Source: an uncultured Verrucomicrobiae bacterium
GTDB taxonomy: Bacteria > Verrucomicrobiota > Verrucomicrobiia > Limisphaerales > Palsa-1400
Assembly: GCA_963707025.1 (NCBI GenBank)
Contig: CAVPOM010000017.1
Coordinates: 64,001 to 128,000, forward strand
DNA: 64,000 nucleotides
Reading direction: 5' to 3'
Shown: positions 16,742-27,330 of the stretch, one piece after another
Layout: every line of letters starts with the position of its first letter
How positions within the stretch are numbered: position 1 is the stretch's first letter
Notes under the pieces: model-generated
What the model saw: the letters and a program-made list of their open reading frames with translations, nothing else
What the model was told of the DNA's origin: nothing
The model's database searches: none
Made by a program: the position numbers and the translations under genes

Positions 16742-17503
16742 ATGATGAGCCGGCCATTTTTCCAAACCCTGCTGCTGGCCGGCCTCGTTTTCGGCCCGGG
16801 CGCCGCCCGCGCCGGCTCCGTTGTCGTCTTCGCCGCCGCCAGTTTGACCGACAGCTTGCAGGAAATCGCCCGCGGTTACAGCCTGCAATCCGGCCAAAAG
16901 GTCGCCCTCAATTTCGGCTCCTCCGGCACCCTGGCCCGGCAAATTCAGGAAGGCGCCCCCGCCGACATTTTTTTCTCCGCCGACCAGGCGCAAATGGATG
17001 CCCTGGAGAAACGGGGCCTCATCGTCCCGGAGACGCGCCGCAGCCGCTTGTCCAACTCGCTGGTCATCGTCGTGGCCGACGACAGCAAGCTGGCCATCGC
17101 CTCCGCCAAAGATTTGACCCAGCCCGCCGTCAAACGCCTGGCCCTGGCCGACCCGCAGACTGTCCCGGCGGGAATTTATTCCAAACAATATCTGGAAAAG
17201 CTCGGTCTTTGGCCCGCCCTCTCTCCAAAAGTCGTTCCCACCGACAATGTGCGGGCGGCCCTGGCCGCGGTGGAATCCGGCAACGTCCAGGCCGGCATGG
17301 TCTATAAAACCGACGCGGCCATTTCCAAGCACGTCAGAATCGCCTGCGCCGTGCCGCCCGCCGAAGGCCCGGCCATCCTGTATCCCATGGCCCTGGTCCG
17401 GGATGCCAAGGACCCAGTCGCCGCCCGCCAATTCCTCGATTGCCTCAACTCGACGGAAGCAACGCGGGTCTTCGAGAAATTCGGCTTTCTCATTCCAAAA
17501 TAG
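16742..17503 (+). CDS. modA: Molybdate ABC transporter substrate-binding protein
   Basis: FAAASL, GSSGTLARQI..GAPADIF, VPAGIY, VYKTDA. Confidence 0.93.
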   Translation: MMSRPFFQTLLLAGLVFGPGAARAGSVVVFAAASLTDSLQEIARGYSLQSGQKVALNFGSSGTLARQIQEGAPADIFFSADQAQMDALEKRGLIVPETRRSRLSNSLVIVVADDSKLAIASAKDLTQPAVKRLALADPQTVPAGIYSKQYLEKLGLWPALSPKVVPTDNVRAALAAVESGNVQAGMVYKTDAAISKHVRIACAVPPAEGPAILYPMALVRDAKDPVAARQFLDCLNSTEATRVFEKFGFLIPK

Positions 17504-17510
17504 ACGCCCC

Positions 17511-18182
17511 ATGACCGCCGAGGAATGGCAAATCGTTTGGTTCACCGCGTGGGTTTCGGCCCTGAGCACCTTGCTCATCCTGCCCTTTGGCCTGGCCGCA
17601 GCCTGGCTGCTGTCGCGCCGCGACTGGCCGGGCAAATCGCTGGTGGAAACGCTCGTCACCCTGCCCCTGGTCATGCCCCCGGTGGCCACGGGTTTGATCC
17701 TGCTCAAACTCCTGGGGCGGCACGGCCCGCTCGGGCGGTTTTTCCATGACACCCTTGACCTGGACATTGTTTTTACATGGCGCGGCGTCCTCCTGGCCCT
17801 GGCCGTAATGTCCTTCCCCTTGCTGGTGCTCGGCGCCCGCATCGCTTTCGAGCAAGTCAACCCGCGCTTCGAGCAGATTGCCCGCACCCTGGGCGCGGGC
17901 GAGGCGCGCGTTTTTTTCACCATCACCCTGCCGCTGGCCTGGCGCGGGATTTTGGGCGGCATGACCCTGGCTTTCGCCCGCGCCCTGGGCGAATTTGGCG
18001 CCACCATCATGGTTGCCGGCAACATCACCGGCCAGACCTCCACCCTTTCCCTTTCCATTTATCAGCATGTCCAGCTTGGGCAGGACACCCAGGCCTATCG
18101 TTTGCTCGGCGTCTCCGTGGCCCTGGCCTTCCTCGCCGTCTGGATCACCCAATGCCTGCTCCTGCGCCGCCCCAGGCATTAA
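17511..18182 (+). CDS. modB: Molybdate ABC transporter permease
   Basis: LPLVMPPVATG, FARALGEFGAT. Confidence 0.93.
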   Translation: MTAEEWQIVWFTAWVSALSTLLILPFGLAAAWLLSRRDWPGKSLVETLVTLPLVMPPVATGLILLKLLGRHGPLGRFFHDTLDLDIVFTWRGVLLALAVMSFPLLVLGARIAFEQVNPRFEQIARTLGAGEARVFFTITLPLAWRGILGGMTLAFARALGEFGATIMVAGNITGQTSTLSLSIYQHVQLGQDTQAYRLLGVSVALAFLAVWITQCLLLRRPRH

Positions 18183-18190
18183 AATCCACC

Positions 18191-18883
18191 GTGAACCTCC
18201 TCCTCAAATACATCTCGTTGCCCGTCGCTGATTTCAGCATTGAGGTGGATGTCGAATTGCAGAGCCAGGTCACCGCCATTTTCGGCCCCTCCGGCGCGGG
18301 CAAGACCTCCCTGCTCGATTTGATCGCCGGCTTGCGCAGCCCCGCCTCCGCCTTCATCCAGCTCGACAACCGCGTCCTGACCAGCACCGCCGACAAAACG
18401 CTGGTCCCGCCGCGCCTGCGTGAAATGGGCTACGTCCCGCAGGACCTGGCGTTGTTTCCCCACCTTTCCGTCCGCCAAAATCTGCTTTACGGCAAAAAAC
18501 CGGAAGGGCGCGCCGGCCCCCTCTTCAGCTTGGGCCACATCACCGAAGTTTTGGAAATCCAGGCCCTGGCCCAGCGCCGCGTCACCGATTTGTCCGGCGG
18601 CGAAAAGCAGCGCGTGGCCCTGGCTCGCGCCCTGCTGACCTCGCCGCGCCTGCTGCTGCTCGATGAGCCGCTGCAAAGCCTGGACCAGGCCCTCAAGGTC
18701 AGGATCATCCCCTATCTCCGCCGCGTGCGCGACGAGTTCAAACTGCCGATGCTTTACGTCACCCACGACCGCCAGGAAGTCCTGGCCCTGTGCGACGAAG
18801 TGCTGGAATTGCGCCAAGGCCGCATCACCAAACGCACTCGCGCCACTGCCCAGGACTGGCCTATAATCAACAGCGAGCCATGA
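18191..18883 (+). CDS. modC: Molybdate ABC transporter ATPase (no TOBE domain)
   Basis: GPSGAGKT, LSGGEKQR, LLLDEP. Confidence 0.88.
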   Translation: MNLLLKYISLPVADFSIEVDVELQSQVTAIFGPSGAGKTSLLDLIAGLRSPASAFIQLDNRVLTSTADKTLVPPRLREMGYVPQDLALFPHLSVRQNLLYGKKPEGRAGPLFSLGHITEVLEIQALAQRRVTDLSGGEKQRVALARALLTSPRLLLLDEPLQSLDQALKVRIIPYLRRVRDEFKLPMLYVTHDRQEVLALCDEVLELRQGRITKRTRATAQDWPIINSEP

Positions 18884-20142
18884 AGCGTTCATTTATTATC
18901 ACCATTCTGATCGTTCTGGCCGTTCTGGCTTATGTCGTCTGGCGACGGCCAGAGATCAATACCGATAGCACGCCGGCCTCGGGGGCTTTTCGTGAAATAG
19001 CACATTTGATAACTGCCGTTAACATGTTTGAGATTGATTGCGGTCGTTGCCCAACAACCGCGGAGGGCTTGGAGGCTTTGATGAAACGGCCGGCGACAAT
19101 TACTGAAGGCGTCTGGCAAGGCCCTTATCTCAATATAAGCAGCTTGCCGACAGACCCATGGGGAAATCATTACGTCTATCGCTTTCCCGGCCTTCATAAC
19201 CCGGATAGATTCGATATTTATTCTCTGGGACGCCATGGAAAGGGAGGGGATGAAGCCCTCGGCAATTGGGCAAGCTCCGGGTACGTTGACGTCGTCGTGG
19301 TGTACACCTCGCAGGACGAAGTCTATGCCGAGCCGATTCTGAAGGATTTTCAAAAACAAACCCGTATCCAGGTAAAGACGGTCTTTGACAGCGAGGCGGT
19401 GAAAACAGTTGGCCTGGCCAATCGGCTCCTTCAGGAGAAGAGCAATCCGCAATGCGACGTTTTTTGGAACAACGAGGAATTCCGCACCCGCCAACTGGCC
19501 GCCAAGGGCGTCTTCCGCGCCACCGACGGCTGGACGCATCTCGGCTACCGCACCCGCCGCATTGTGGTCAATACTAATTATGTGAAAGCCGCCGCCGCGC
19601 CCCGCGCCTGGACTGATGTCACCAATAAAATCTGGTCCCGCAAAGTCGCCCTGGCCTTCCCGCTCTTTGGCACCACCTCCACCCATTTCCAGGCCCTGCG
19701 CCAGCTTTGGGGCGACGCCGCCTGGCAGACCTGGTGCCGCGCCCTCGTGGCCAACAATCCCTTCGTGGTGGACGGCAACTCCGTGGTCGTCAAGCAAGTC
19801 GCGCGCGGCGAAGCCTGGATCGGCCTGGCCGATTCCGACGACATCGCCGACGCCCAGCAGGAGGGCGCGCCCATCCTGGCCCTGCCCGTCACCGCGGAAA
19901 CGCTCTTTCTTCCCAACACCGTGGCCGTCATCAAAAACTGTCCCCATCCCGAGGCCGCGCAACAACTTTTCGATTTTCTGCGCGACAAAAAAATTTCCCA
20001 GCGCCTGGTGGACGCCCACGCCCTGGAAGGCGCCACGCTTGAGCCGTCCGTCGCCGCCGCCGGCCTGACCGTCAATTGGGACCAATTGCTGCGCGATCTC
20101 GACCAGGCCACCGATGAAACAAAAAAAATCTTCCTGCGCTGA
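18880..20142 (+). CDS. Fusion of GspG-like pseudopilin domain and ABC solute-binding protein (Fe3+/polyamine-type)
   Basis: N-terminal TM; PTTAEGLEAL..WQGPYL..PTDPWGNHYVYRFPG..FDIYSLG..GNW; then VVVYTSQD..CDVFWNNE..PNTVAVIKNCPHPEAA. Confidence 0.8.
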   Translation: MKRSFIITILIVLAVLAYVVWRRPEINTDSTPASGAFREIAHLITAVNMFEIDCGRCPTTAEGLEALMKRPATITEGVWQGPYLNISSLPTDPWGNHYVYRFPGLHNPDRFDIYSLGRHGKGGDEALGNWASSGYVDVVVVYTSQDEVYAEPILKDFQKQTRIQVKTVFDSEAVKTVGLANRLLQEKSNPQCDVFWNNEEFRTRQLAAKGVFRATDGWTHLGYRTRRIVVNTNYVKAAAAPRAWTDVTNKIWSRKVALAFPLFGTTSTHFQALRQLWGDAAWQTWCRALVANNPFVVDGNSVVVKQVARGEAWIGLADSDDIADAQQEGAPILALPVTAETLFLPNTVAVIKNCPHPEAAQQLFDFLRDKKISQRLVDAHALEGATLEPSVAAAGLTVNWDQLLRDLDQATDETKKIFLR

Positions 20143-20318
20143 ACATGAACCAGAACCGCCTTACCGTGTTATTTCGCAAAGAGAGAATTAGGCCGCGCGA
20201 TGCTACGGATGGAACGGCAGGGCGGGCAGTCCCCTGCCCGCCGGACGAATGTGGTGGCATGTTTTTGAGCCAGGCTTTTTGGCAGGCCGCGCCTTCAAAG
20301 CCCGGCGTCAATCACTTT

Positions 20319-20711
20319 TCAGGGTGTGATCAGTTGCACGGAAGGAAAAAATGTCCTGACACGCCGGGGATCGCGGGTGAGCAACGGGAGGTGGGCGACA
20401 TAGGCGTGCGCCCCGATAAAGAAGTCCGGGAGCGGACGCGCTTTCTTGCCGCCTGCCCGCCTGTACTTTTCAAACGCTTTCCCCGCTTGAAAAGCGGCGT
20501 TGAGCGGGAGTGGCAAATAGGTGAAGGCAGAGAGCCGGTTTTCCAATTCCTTTTGAGTGTCAAACTTGACGGCCAACTCGGCAAAGATCATGGTGTCATA
20601 GGCAACTGGCCCTTGGCTGGCGGCGCGCTCGATTTGGCTGCTGGACCACAGAAACCAGTCAGGATCCCTGGTGAAAATATCGGCGACGACGCTGGTATCA
20701 ACCAGAGTCAT
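20319..20711 (-). CDS. vapC: VapC/PIN toxin
   Basis: LVDTSV, PDFFIGAHA, LLTRD. Confidence 0.9.
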   Translation of the reverse strand: MTLVDTSVVADIFTRDPDWFLWSSSQIERAASQGPVAYDTMIFAELAVKFDTQKELENRLSAFTYLPLPLNAAFQAGKAFEKYRRAGGKKARPLPDFFIGAHAYVAHLPLLTRDPRRVRTFFPSVQLITP

Positions 20712-20935
20712 CCGCGTGTCAACTCCAGCCAGTCTTGCGTCCGGCCTTTAATTTTGCCGCCGCGTAGCAGAGTCGCCAGGACGCGTTTGCCGCGTGAACT
20801 TGTCGCGGCCTTGACCACCAGCACGCCGTCGGGTTGGTCCACCAACTCCACTTCAGCCTGCGCCTGCAGCCCATGCTTGCGGCGCATCGCCGGAGGTATT
20901 GTGACTTGTCCTGTCCGTGTCATCTTCACCGCCAT
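20708..20935 (-). CDS. AbrB/MazE-type antitoxin
   Basis: KMTRTGQVTIPPAMRRKHGL; ATGA overlap with the PIN gene. Confidence 0.88.
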   Translation of the reverse strand: MAVKMTRTGQVTIPPAMRRKHGLQAQAEVELVDQPDGVLVVKAATSSRGKRVLATLLRGGKIKGRTQDWLELTRG

Positions 20936-21064
20936 AATCTCGCCCGGGAACAAACCATTTGTCAACCGTTTTGCGCGACGGTGCGCCGTTTCCATTCTCC
21001 ATTCTCCATTCTCCATCCGCGCTTTGATTGCGTTCCCCGGCGGCCTGGATAACCCTGCATCGCC

Positions 21065-21913
21065 GTGACCGATGACTTTTCAGACGCGGCCCTCGTCCTG
21101 GCCGGGCACGGCTCGACGCTCAACGCCGACTCCGCCGCGCCCACCTATCAGCACGCCGACGAATTGCGCCGGCGCGGCATTTTTGCGCAGGTGCAGGAGA
21201 CCTTCTGGAAACAGGAGCCGTATTTCGCCCAGGTGCTGCGCGGCGTTTTTGCGCCGCGCGTTTTCGTCGTGCCGCTGTTTATCAGCGACGGCTATTTCAC
21301 CCAGGAAGTCCTCCCCCGCGAACTGGGCTTTTGCCGGACGGGGGAAACCGGTTTCTCCCGCGTCCAGCGGCGCGGCGGCCAGACTTTTTTTTACTGCGAC
21401 CCGGTGGGAACGCATCCCAGCATGACCGAAGTGCTCCTGGCCCGCGCCCGCGAGATCGTGGAGAAATTTCCCTTCCCGCGCGCCCCCAAGCCGGCCGAGA
21501 CCACCCTCTTCATCGCCGGCCACGGCACGGGCAACAACGAGAATTCCCGCAAAGCCATCGAGTGCCAGGTGGAATTGATCCGGGCCAAAAACCTTTTTGC
21601 CCAGGTCCACGCCGTCTTCATGGAGGAAGACCCGCGCATCGGCGATTGCTACAAACTGGCGCAAACGAAAATCCTCGTCGTGGCCCCGTTCTTCATCAGC
21701 GACGGTTTGCATTCCTTTGAGGACATCCCGGTGATGCTGGGCGCGCCCAGGGCGGTGGTGCGGGAGCGGTTAAAGCGGGGCCAGCCCACTTGGCGCAACC
21801 CGACCGAGCGCGCAGGCAAACGCCTCTGGTACACCGCCAGCGTCGGCAGCGAACCGCACATGGCGGAGGTCATCCTGGAACGCGTCCGCGAATCTGCCAG
21901 CCCGCTCCAATAA
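21065..21913 (+). CDS. CbiX/SirB-family chelatase, two tandem domains
   Basis: AGHGS..VPLFISDGYF and AGHGT..APFFISDGLH. Confidence 0.85.
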   Translation: MTDDFSDAALVLAGHGSTLNADSAAPTYQHADELRRRGIFAQVQETFWKQEPYFAQVLRGVFAPRVFVVPLFISDGYFTQEVLPRELGFCRTGETGFSRVQRRGGQTFFYCDPVGTHPSMTEVLLARAREIVEKFPFPRAPKPAETTLFIAGHGTGNNENSRKAIECQVELIRAKNLFAQVHAVFMEEDPRIGDCYKLAQTKILVVAPFFISDGLHSFEDIPVMLGAPRAVVRERLKRGQPTWRNPTERAGKRLWYTASVGSEPHMAEVILERVRESASPLQ

Positions 21914-21929
21914 CCACTTTAATCCCTTT

Positions 21930-22047
21930 CCATGAACCCTCACCTCACCCTAACCCTCTCCCCTCCCATCGGATGGGAGCGGAGAGGGAACAGCAGACGG
22001 ACAGGAATTGTTCCACGGAGGTCCGTCGAGCAGCGGCAGGTTCATGG
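21930..22047. repeat. Palindromic intergenic element
   Basis: CCATGAACC/GGTTCATGG ends enclosing the hairpin CCCTCTCCCCTCCCATC-GGATGGGAGCGGAGAGGG. Confidence 0.6.
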
Positions 22048-22167
22048 TCCCGATGCGTGCTTTGAGGAGAAAGCAGGCTAATCCTGATCCCAATCCCGTC
22101 CTTGCCTTAAAACCCCGGTCCCGCTAATGATTCCCGCCATCTCATCCCGACACTGATAATAATGATT

Positions 22168-24522
22168 ATGAAAGCATTTCTAAAATCACTCGTTTTTGGA
22201 TTCCTCTTTTTGGCCGCCGCCGCCTTCGCCCAGCCGCCCGGCACCAACACCCCCATCCTGGTCCATCGCGACAACATCGTTGCGCACTGGTTCGCCGGAA
22301 GCGGCGGCCAGTCCAATCAATTCTGGTATCGGGTGGATCTGGCCGATCACCAGCGCGAATTCGTCCTGGTGGATGCGGTGGCCGGGCGGCGCAGCCCCGC
22401 CTTCGATCATGCCCGGCTGGCCAAGGCGCTGGGCGATCTGACCTCTTCGAACGTCGCCCCCACCCGCTTGCCCTTCGACGCCATCAAATTCTCCGACGAC
22501 GGCCAGTCGCTCCGCCTCGTCGCCACCAACGCCGCCTGGGACTGTGATTTGGCCACCTACAAAGTGACCGAGTCCACGCGCACCGCGGCGGATAGCGCCC
22601 TCACCGCCGGGCCGGGCTTGGGCCGGCGCGGAGGAGGAGGTGGTGGTGGTGGTGCCAGACGCGGTCCCCGGGCGGCGGGTCCCGCCATCCCTTCACCGGA
22701 CGGGAAATGGGAAGTGTTGGTCCGCGGCCACAACCTCTTCTTGCGCGATGTCAAATCCAACAACGTCACCCCATTGACCTACGACGGCAATCCCACCAGC
22801 AGCTACGCCCGCACCGCCGAGGAAGAACGCTCTGTCGGAATGAACTTCGAGGTCCGCGATCCGGATATTCCCACCCCGGAGGCTTATTGGTCCCCCGATT
22901 CCCGCCACCTCGTCGCCCTGCGTTATCAGCCGGGCACGGAACGCTCGGTCTATGAGGTCCAGTCTTCCCCCGAAGACCAGTTCCAGCCCAAGTTGGAGTC
23001 TTACCCCTACCTCAAACCGGGAGACACCGTGCCCATCCACAAGCCCCATCTGTTCGACCTCGAATCCAAAAAGGAAATCCCCCTGGACGATGCCCTCTAT
23101 GCCAACCCCTGGTCCATCAGTGATCTGCGTTGGAGTTCCAATTCCGCGGGGTTCTCCTTTCTTTTCAATCAGCGCGGACACCAGGCCCTGCGCATTCTGG
23201 GGGTGGACGCCTCCTCCGGGGCGGTCCGGCCCATCGTGGATGAGGCCAGCAAAACCTTCATCTGTTACTCGGGAAAATTCTTTGCCGAATACCTCGATGC
23301 CACCTCCGAAATCATCTGGATGTCGGAGCGCGACGGCTGGAACCATCTCTACCTCTACGACGCCAAAACCGGCGCGGTCAAGAACCAGATTACCAAGGGC
23401 GAATGGGTCGTGCGCTCGGTGGAGCGCGTGGACCGGGAAAAACGCCAGGTTTAGTTCCAGGCCGGCGGCATCGTCCCCGGCCAGGACCCTTATTACCTCC
23501 AGTATTGCCGGGTGAATTTCGACGGCACGGGGTTGACCGTCTTGACGGAAGGCGACGGCACGCACGTCGTCCAGACTTCCCCGGACCATTCATTTATTAT
23601 TGACACATGGTCCCGCGTGGACCAGCCGCCCGTCAGCGTCCTGCGCAAAACGGCGGATGGCAAAGTGGTTTGCCAACTGGAGGAAGCCGACGCCAGCGAG
23701 CTTTTCGCCACCGGCTGGAAGGCGCCGGAACGCTTCGCCGCCAAGGGGCGCGACGGCCTCACCGATATTTATGGGGTGATCTGGCGGCCGAAGAATTTCG
23801 ACGGGCACGCCAAATATCCGGTCATCGAAGACATTTATGCCGGCCCGCAAGGGTCCTTCGCGCCCAAGCCCTTCCGCGCCGCCTCCCAGCAGCAGAAGCT
23901 GGCCGATCTGGGATTCATCGTCGTGCAAATGGACGGCATGGGCACGGCCAACCGCTCGAAGAAATTCCACGATGTCTGCTGCAAAAACATGGCCGACGCC
24001 GGCTTCCCCGATCGCATCCTCTGGATCAAGGCCGCGGCCGCCAGGGATGCCAGTTTTGATCTGGGCCGCGTCGGCATTTACGGCACTTCGGCCGGCGGCC
24101 AAAACGCCTTGCGGGGCCTGCTCTCCCACGGCGATTTTTACAAGGCGGGCGTTGCCGATTCCGGCTGCCACGACAACCGCATGGACAAGATCTGGTGGAA
24201 CGAGCAATGGATGGGCTGGCCGCTGGATGAGAGTTACCCACGCTCCTCCAATGTCACCGACGCCCATCTCCTGCAAGGCCGTCTCCTCCTCATGGTGGGG
24301 GAGTTGGACAAAAACGTGGACCCCTCCAGCACCATGCAAGTGGTCAACGCCCTGATCAAAGCCAAAAAAGATTTCGAGTTGCTCTACATGCCCGGCGCCG
24401 GCCACGGCGTGGCCAGCACGCCCTATGGCGCGCATCGCCTCGAAGAATTCTTCGTCCGCACTTTCCTCGGCAAATCCCAACTCGGCGACGCCAACGCCCT
24501 CACCGCCACTCCCGCGCCCTGA
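22168..24522 (+). pseudogene. S9 (DPP-IV-like) peptidase with in-frame TAG at 23452-23454
   Basis: Two ORFs in the same frame; GTSAGG nucleophile elbow, DKNV, GAGH. Confidence 0.85.
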
Positions 24523-24535
24523 CCCAATCCCACTC

Positions 24536-24705
24536 ATGCAATTTTCCCATTATATCACTCTCGGCGCGGCCCTCTTTGCCTTGACCTCCGCCTCCGCCTC
24601 ACGCAGCAAGAATTCTACCTCCGCGCCGTGGCCAACGCCATGCTGGACCATAACATGCACCGCGCCGGTTGGAGCGACGATGACGCGCTGAAATTGATCC
24701 CATGA
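24536..24705 (+). pseudogene. Deletion relic resembling a DUF885-family protein
   Basis: Signal-peptide-like start joined out of frame to QEFYLRAVANAMLDHNMHRAGWSDDDALKL*. Confidence 0.45.
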
Positions 24706-26033
24706 GCCTACCTGCCGCCCCGTCGCCCGCGCCTGCCGCCGGGGGAAGCCCGGAGCGTTTCCCGCCCCAGATCAAATACATCGTCGGCAACGAAGCCTGC
24801 GAGCGCTTCAGCTATTACGGGCTGATGGGGATCATGGAGATGTACCTGGTCAACCGGCTGCACATGAGCGGCGGGCATGCCACGCAAGTTCTGCATCTGT
24901 TCGGCATGGCGGTCTATTTTCTGCCGCTGCTGGGAGGCTGGCTCGCGGATTGGTGGGTTGGCCGGTACTGGACGATCTTCAGCCTTTCGCTGGTTTATTG
25001 TCTGGGCCAGGTGACGCTGGCGGCGAGCGAGGGGACGAGGACCGGACTTTTCGCCGGGCTGGCGCTCATCGCCCTGGGGGCGGGGGGAATCAAGTCAAGT
25101 GTGGCGGCGTTTGTGGGAGACCAATTTGGTGCCGACCAGGAGCATTTGATGACGAAGGTTTACGGCTGGTTCTACTGGGCAGTCAACGTAGGGGCGGCGG
25201 GGGCGTTTTTCATTGTGCCGTGGTTGCACAGCGAAAAGCTGGGCATAGGCTACTGGCTGGCGTTTGCCGTGCCGGGATTTTTCATGGGGCTGGCCACCCT
25301 GGTATTCTGGATGGGGCGGCGCTATTACGTTCACAAACCGCCGGCGCGGCAGGAGAAGCGCGTCCGCCCGGCGGGAGAGAAACAGGAGGATCTTAAAGCG
25401 GTGCTGGGCATCCTCATGATCTTCGCACCCATTCCGATGTTTTGGGCGTTGTTCAATCAGGTCAATTCAACCTGGGTCCTGCAAGGCAACTCCATGAGGG
25501 CGTTTCATCTGCTGAACGGAGAAACGATGCAAGGATCCGGGGCGCTCCTGGTCATGATTTGGGTGCCGGTGCTGACGCTGGGCATCTATCCGCTGGCGCG
25601 CCGGCTGGGGCTGAATCCGACGCCGTTGCGCCGGATGTCGGCGGGGATGTTGCTGGCAGCAGCGTCATTCATAGTTTCCGGCATGGTGCAGGATGAACTT
25701 GACCGGGGCCGGCAATTAAGCGTGCTGTGGCAGTTGGCGCCTTACACGGTGCTGGAAGCGGGCGAAGTCCTGCTCTCGGCCTCGGCGCTGGAGTTTGCGT
25801 TTGAGCAGGCGCCGCTGCACTTGAAGAGCGTGATCATGGCGCTTTGGTATCTGGCCAACGCGGCCGGGCAGTTGCTGATCGTCATCATCACGGGGCTGAA
25901 TCACCGCAACTTCAAAGCGGAAGGCGGGTCGGTTTTTTATTTCTATTCGATCATGATGATCGTCTGCGCCGGGCTGTTCGTGGTGTGCGTTTCACTGTTC
26001 CGCGACCGCCGGGCCGGGCTGGCGCGCCCGTAG
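24702..26033 (+). CDS. POT/PTR-family peptide:H+ symporter
   Basis: EACERFSYYG motif. Confidence 0.92.
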   Translation: MSLPAAPSPAPAAGGSPERFPPQIKYIVGNEACERFSYYGLMGIMEMYLVNRLHMSGGHATQVLHLFGMAVYFLPLLGGWLADWWVGRYWTIFSLSLVYCLGQVTLAASEGTRTGLFAGLALIALGAGGIKSSVAAFVGDQFGADQEHLMTKVYGWFYWAVNVGAAGAFFIVPWLHSEKLGIGYWLAFAVPGFFMGLATLVFWMGRRYYVHKPPARQEKRVRPAGEKQEDLKAVLGILMIFAPIPMFWALFNQVNSTWVLQGNSMRAFHLLNGETMQGSGALLVMIWVPVLTLGIYPLARRLGLNPTPLRRMSAGMLLAAASFIVSGMVQDELDRGRQLSVLWQLAPYTVLEAGEVLLSASALEFAFEQAPLHLKSVIMALWYLANAAGQLLIVIITGLNHRNFKAEGGSVFYFYSIMMIVCAGLFVVCVSLFRDRRAGLARP

Positions 26034-26052
26034 ATGACACCGGCGCCGCCGC

Positions 26053-27330
26053 TCAGACCGGCTCGGCGAAAACGCGCGCGCCGGGCGGCTCCCGGGCGGC
26101 GGGCTTGAGAAACCGCGCCAGCCAGATGCAGGAGAACACGCACAACAGGGAGACCACACCCACGAGCGAAAAGCGCGTGATTTCCCGGTTGGGACCCTGG
26201 CCCACAATCACCCCGCTCAGCCACGCCGCCAGACCGCAGGAAAATTGCTGGACCGACGAATTGACGCTCATGAATCCGCCCCGGTAGCGCGCTTCCACCG
26301 TCGCCGTCATCATCGCCATGGCCGGCACGAACCGGCCGGACATGCAGATCATGAGCAGGGTGGAGGTGGCCAGCGCGACCGGCAGCGGCACGCGCGGCAG
26401 ATTGGTCAGCGCGAGGATGGGAACGGCGGCGGACAGGGACATGAGAGTGAAGACGCGCAACTTGCCGGCGCGATCCGCCCAGCGGCCAATCCAGTTCATG
26501 CTGAAAACCGTGCAGATTCCGCCGGTCAAGTAAATGAGCGGGAGTTGTTTTTGGCTCAAGCCGACGTTGGAGACCATGTAATTGGCCAGATTCGTGAAGA
26601 TGGTTATCCCGGCGCACGTCAGCGCCGCCATGAAGACAAAAGCCATTTGATGGTTCGGCTCGAGCAATACCGCCCACAAACGGGCCGCAGGATGTTGGCC
26701 GCGGCCGTGCCGCAAATGGCCGCGCAGGGAGGGCACGCGCAGGGCAACGGCCAGGAGAATCGGCACACAAACTCCGGCAATAATAAAAAACGGCACATGC
26801 CAGGAAAACTGGGCCGCCAGCCACAGACCGAGCGGCACGCCGATAATGGAAGCAACCGAGAAGGAAGACATGACCAGGCCCATGGCTTCGCCCCGGTGTT
26901 CCTCCGGGATAACGTCGCCCACAATGGAGAGAACGAGCGCGCCGGTCACGCCGCCAAACGCGCCGGCCGCCGCCCGCGCGGCCACCAGCATGGGGTAGGT
27001 TGGGGCCAGCGCGCAGAGCAGCGTGCCCGCTGCAAAACCGGAGAACAGCCAGAGCAGCGCGGTCTTGCGGTCAAACAAGTCGAGAAGAAATCCCGCCGCC
27101 ACGCCGGTTATTCCCGCCGCGATGGCATAAGCGGAGACGATGGCGCTGAACTGCGCCGGGCTCAGCCCCATGACATCCCTGAATTGCGGGCCCAGCGGCA
27201 GGATAATGACAAAATCCAGGGTGGTGCAAAACTGGATGGCGGCCAGGATCAGCAGCAACAGTCGTTCGCTTTTTAATTTCAATTGGGGATGAGGCTGAAG
27301 ATGAGGAGACAGCAAGCGCCGGGCCGTCAA
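26053..27330 (-). CDS. MFS efflux transporter
   Basis: About 12 TM; motif A-like GFLLDLFDRK and GRWADRAGK. Confidence 0.88.
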   Translation of the reverse strand: MTARRLLSPHLQPHPQLKLKSERLLLLILAAIQFCTTLDFVIILPLGPQFRDVMGLSPAQFSAIVSAYAIAAGITGVAAGFLLDLFDRKTALLWLFSGFAAGTLLCALAPTYPMLVAARAAAGAFGGVTGALVLSIVGDVIPEEHRGEAMGLVMSSFSVASIIGVPLGLWLAAQFSWHVPFFIIAGVCVPILLAVALRVPSLRGHLRHGRGQHPAARLWAVLLEPNHQMAFVFMAALTCAGITIFTNLANYMVSNVGLSQKQLPLIYLTGGICTVFSMNWIGRWADRAGKLRVFTLMSLSAAVPILALTNLPRVPLPVALATSTLLMICMSGRFVPAMAMMTATVEARYRGGFMSVNSSVQQFSCGLAAWLSGVIVGQGPNREITRFSLVGVVSLLCVFSCIWLARFLKPAAREPPGARVFAEPV

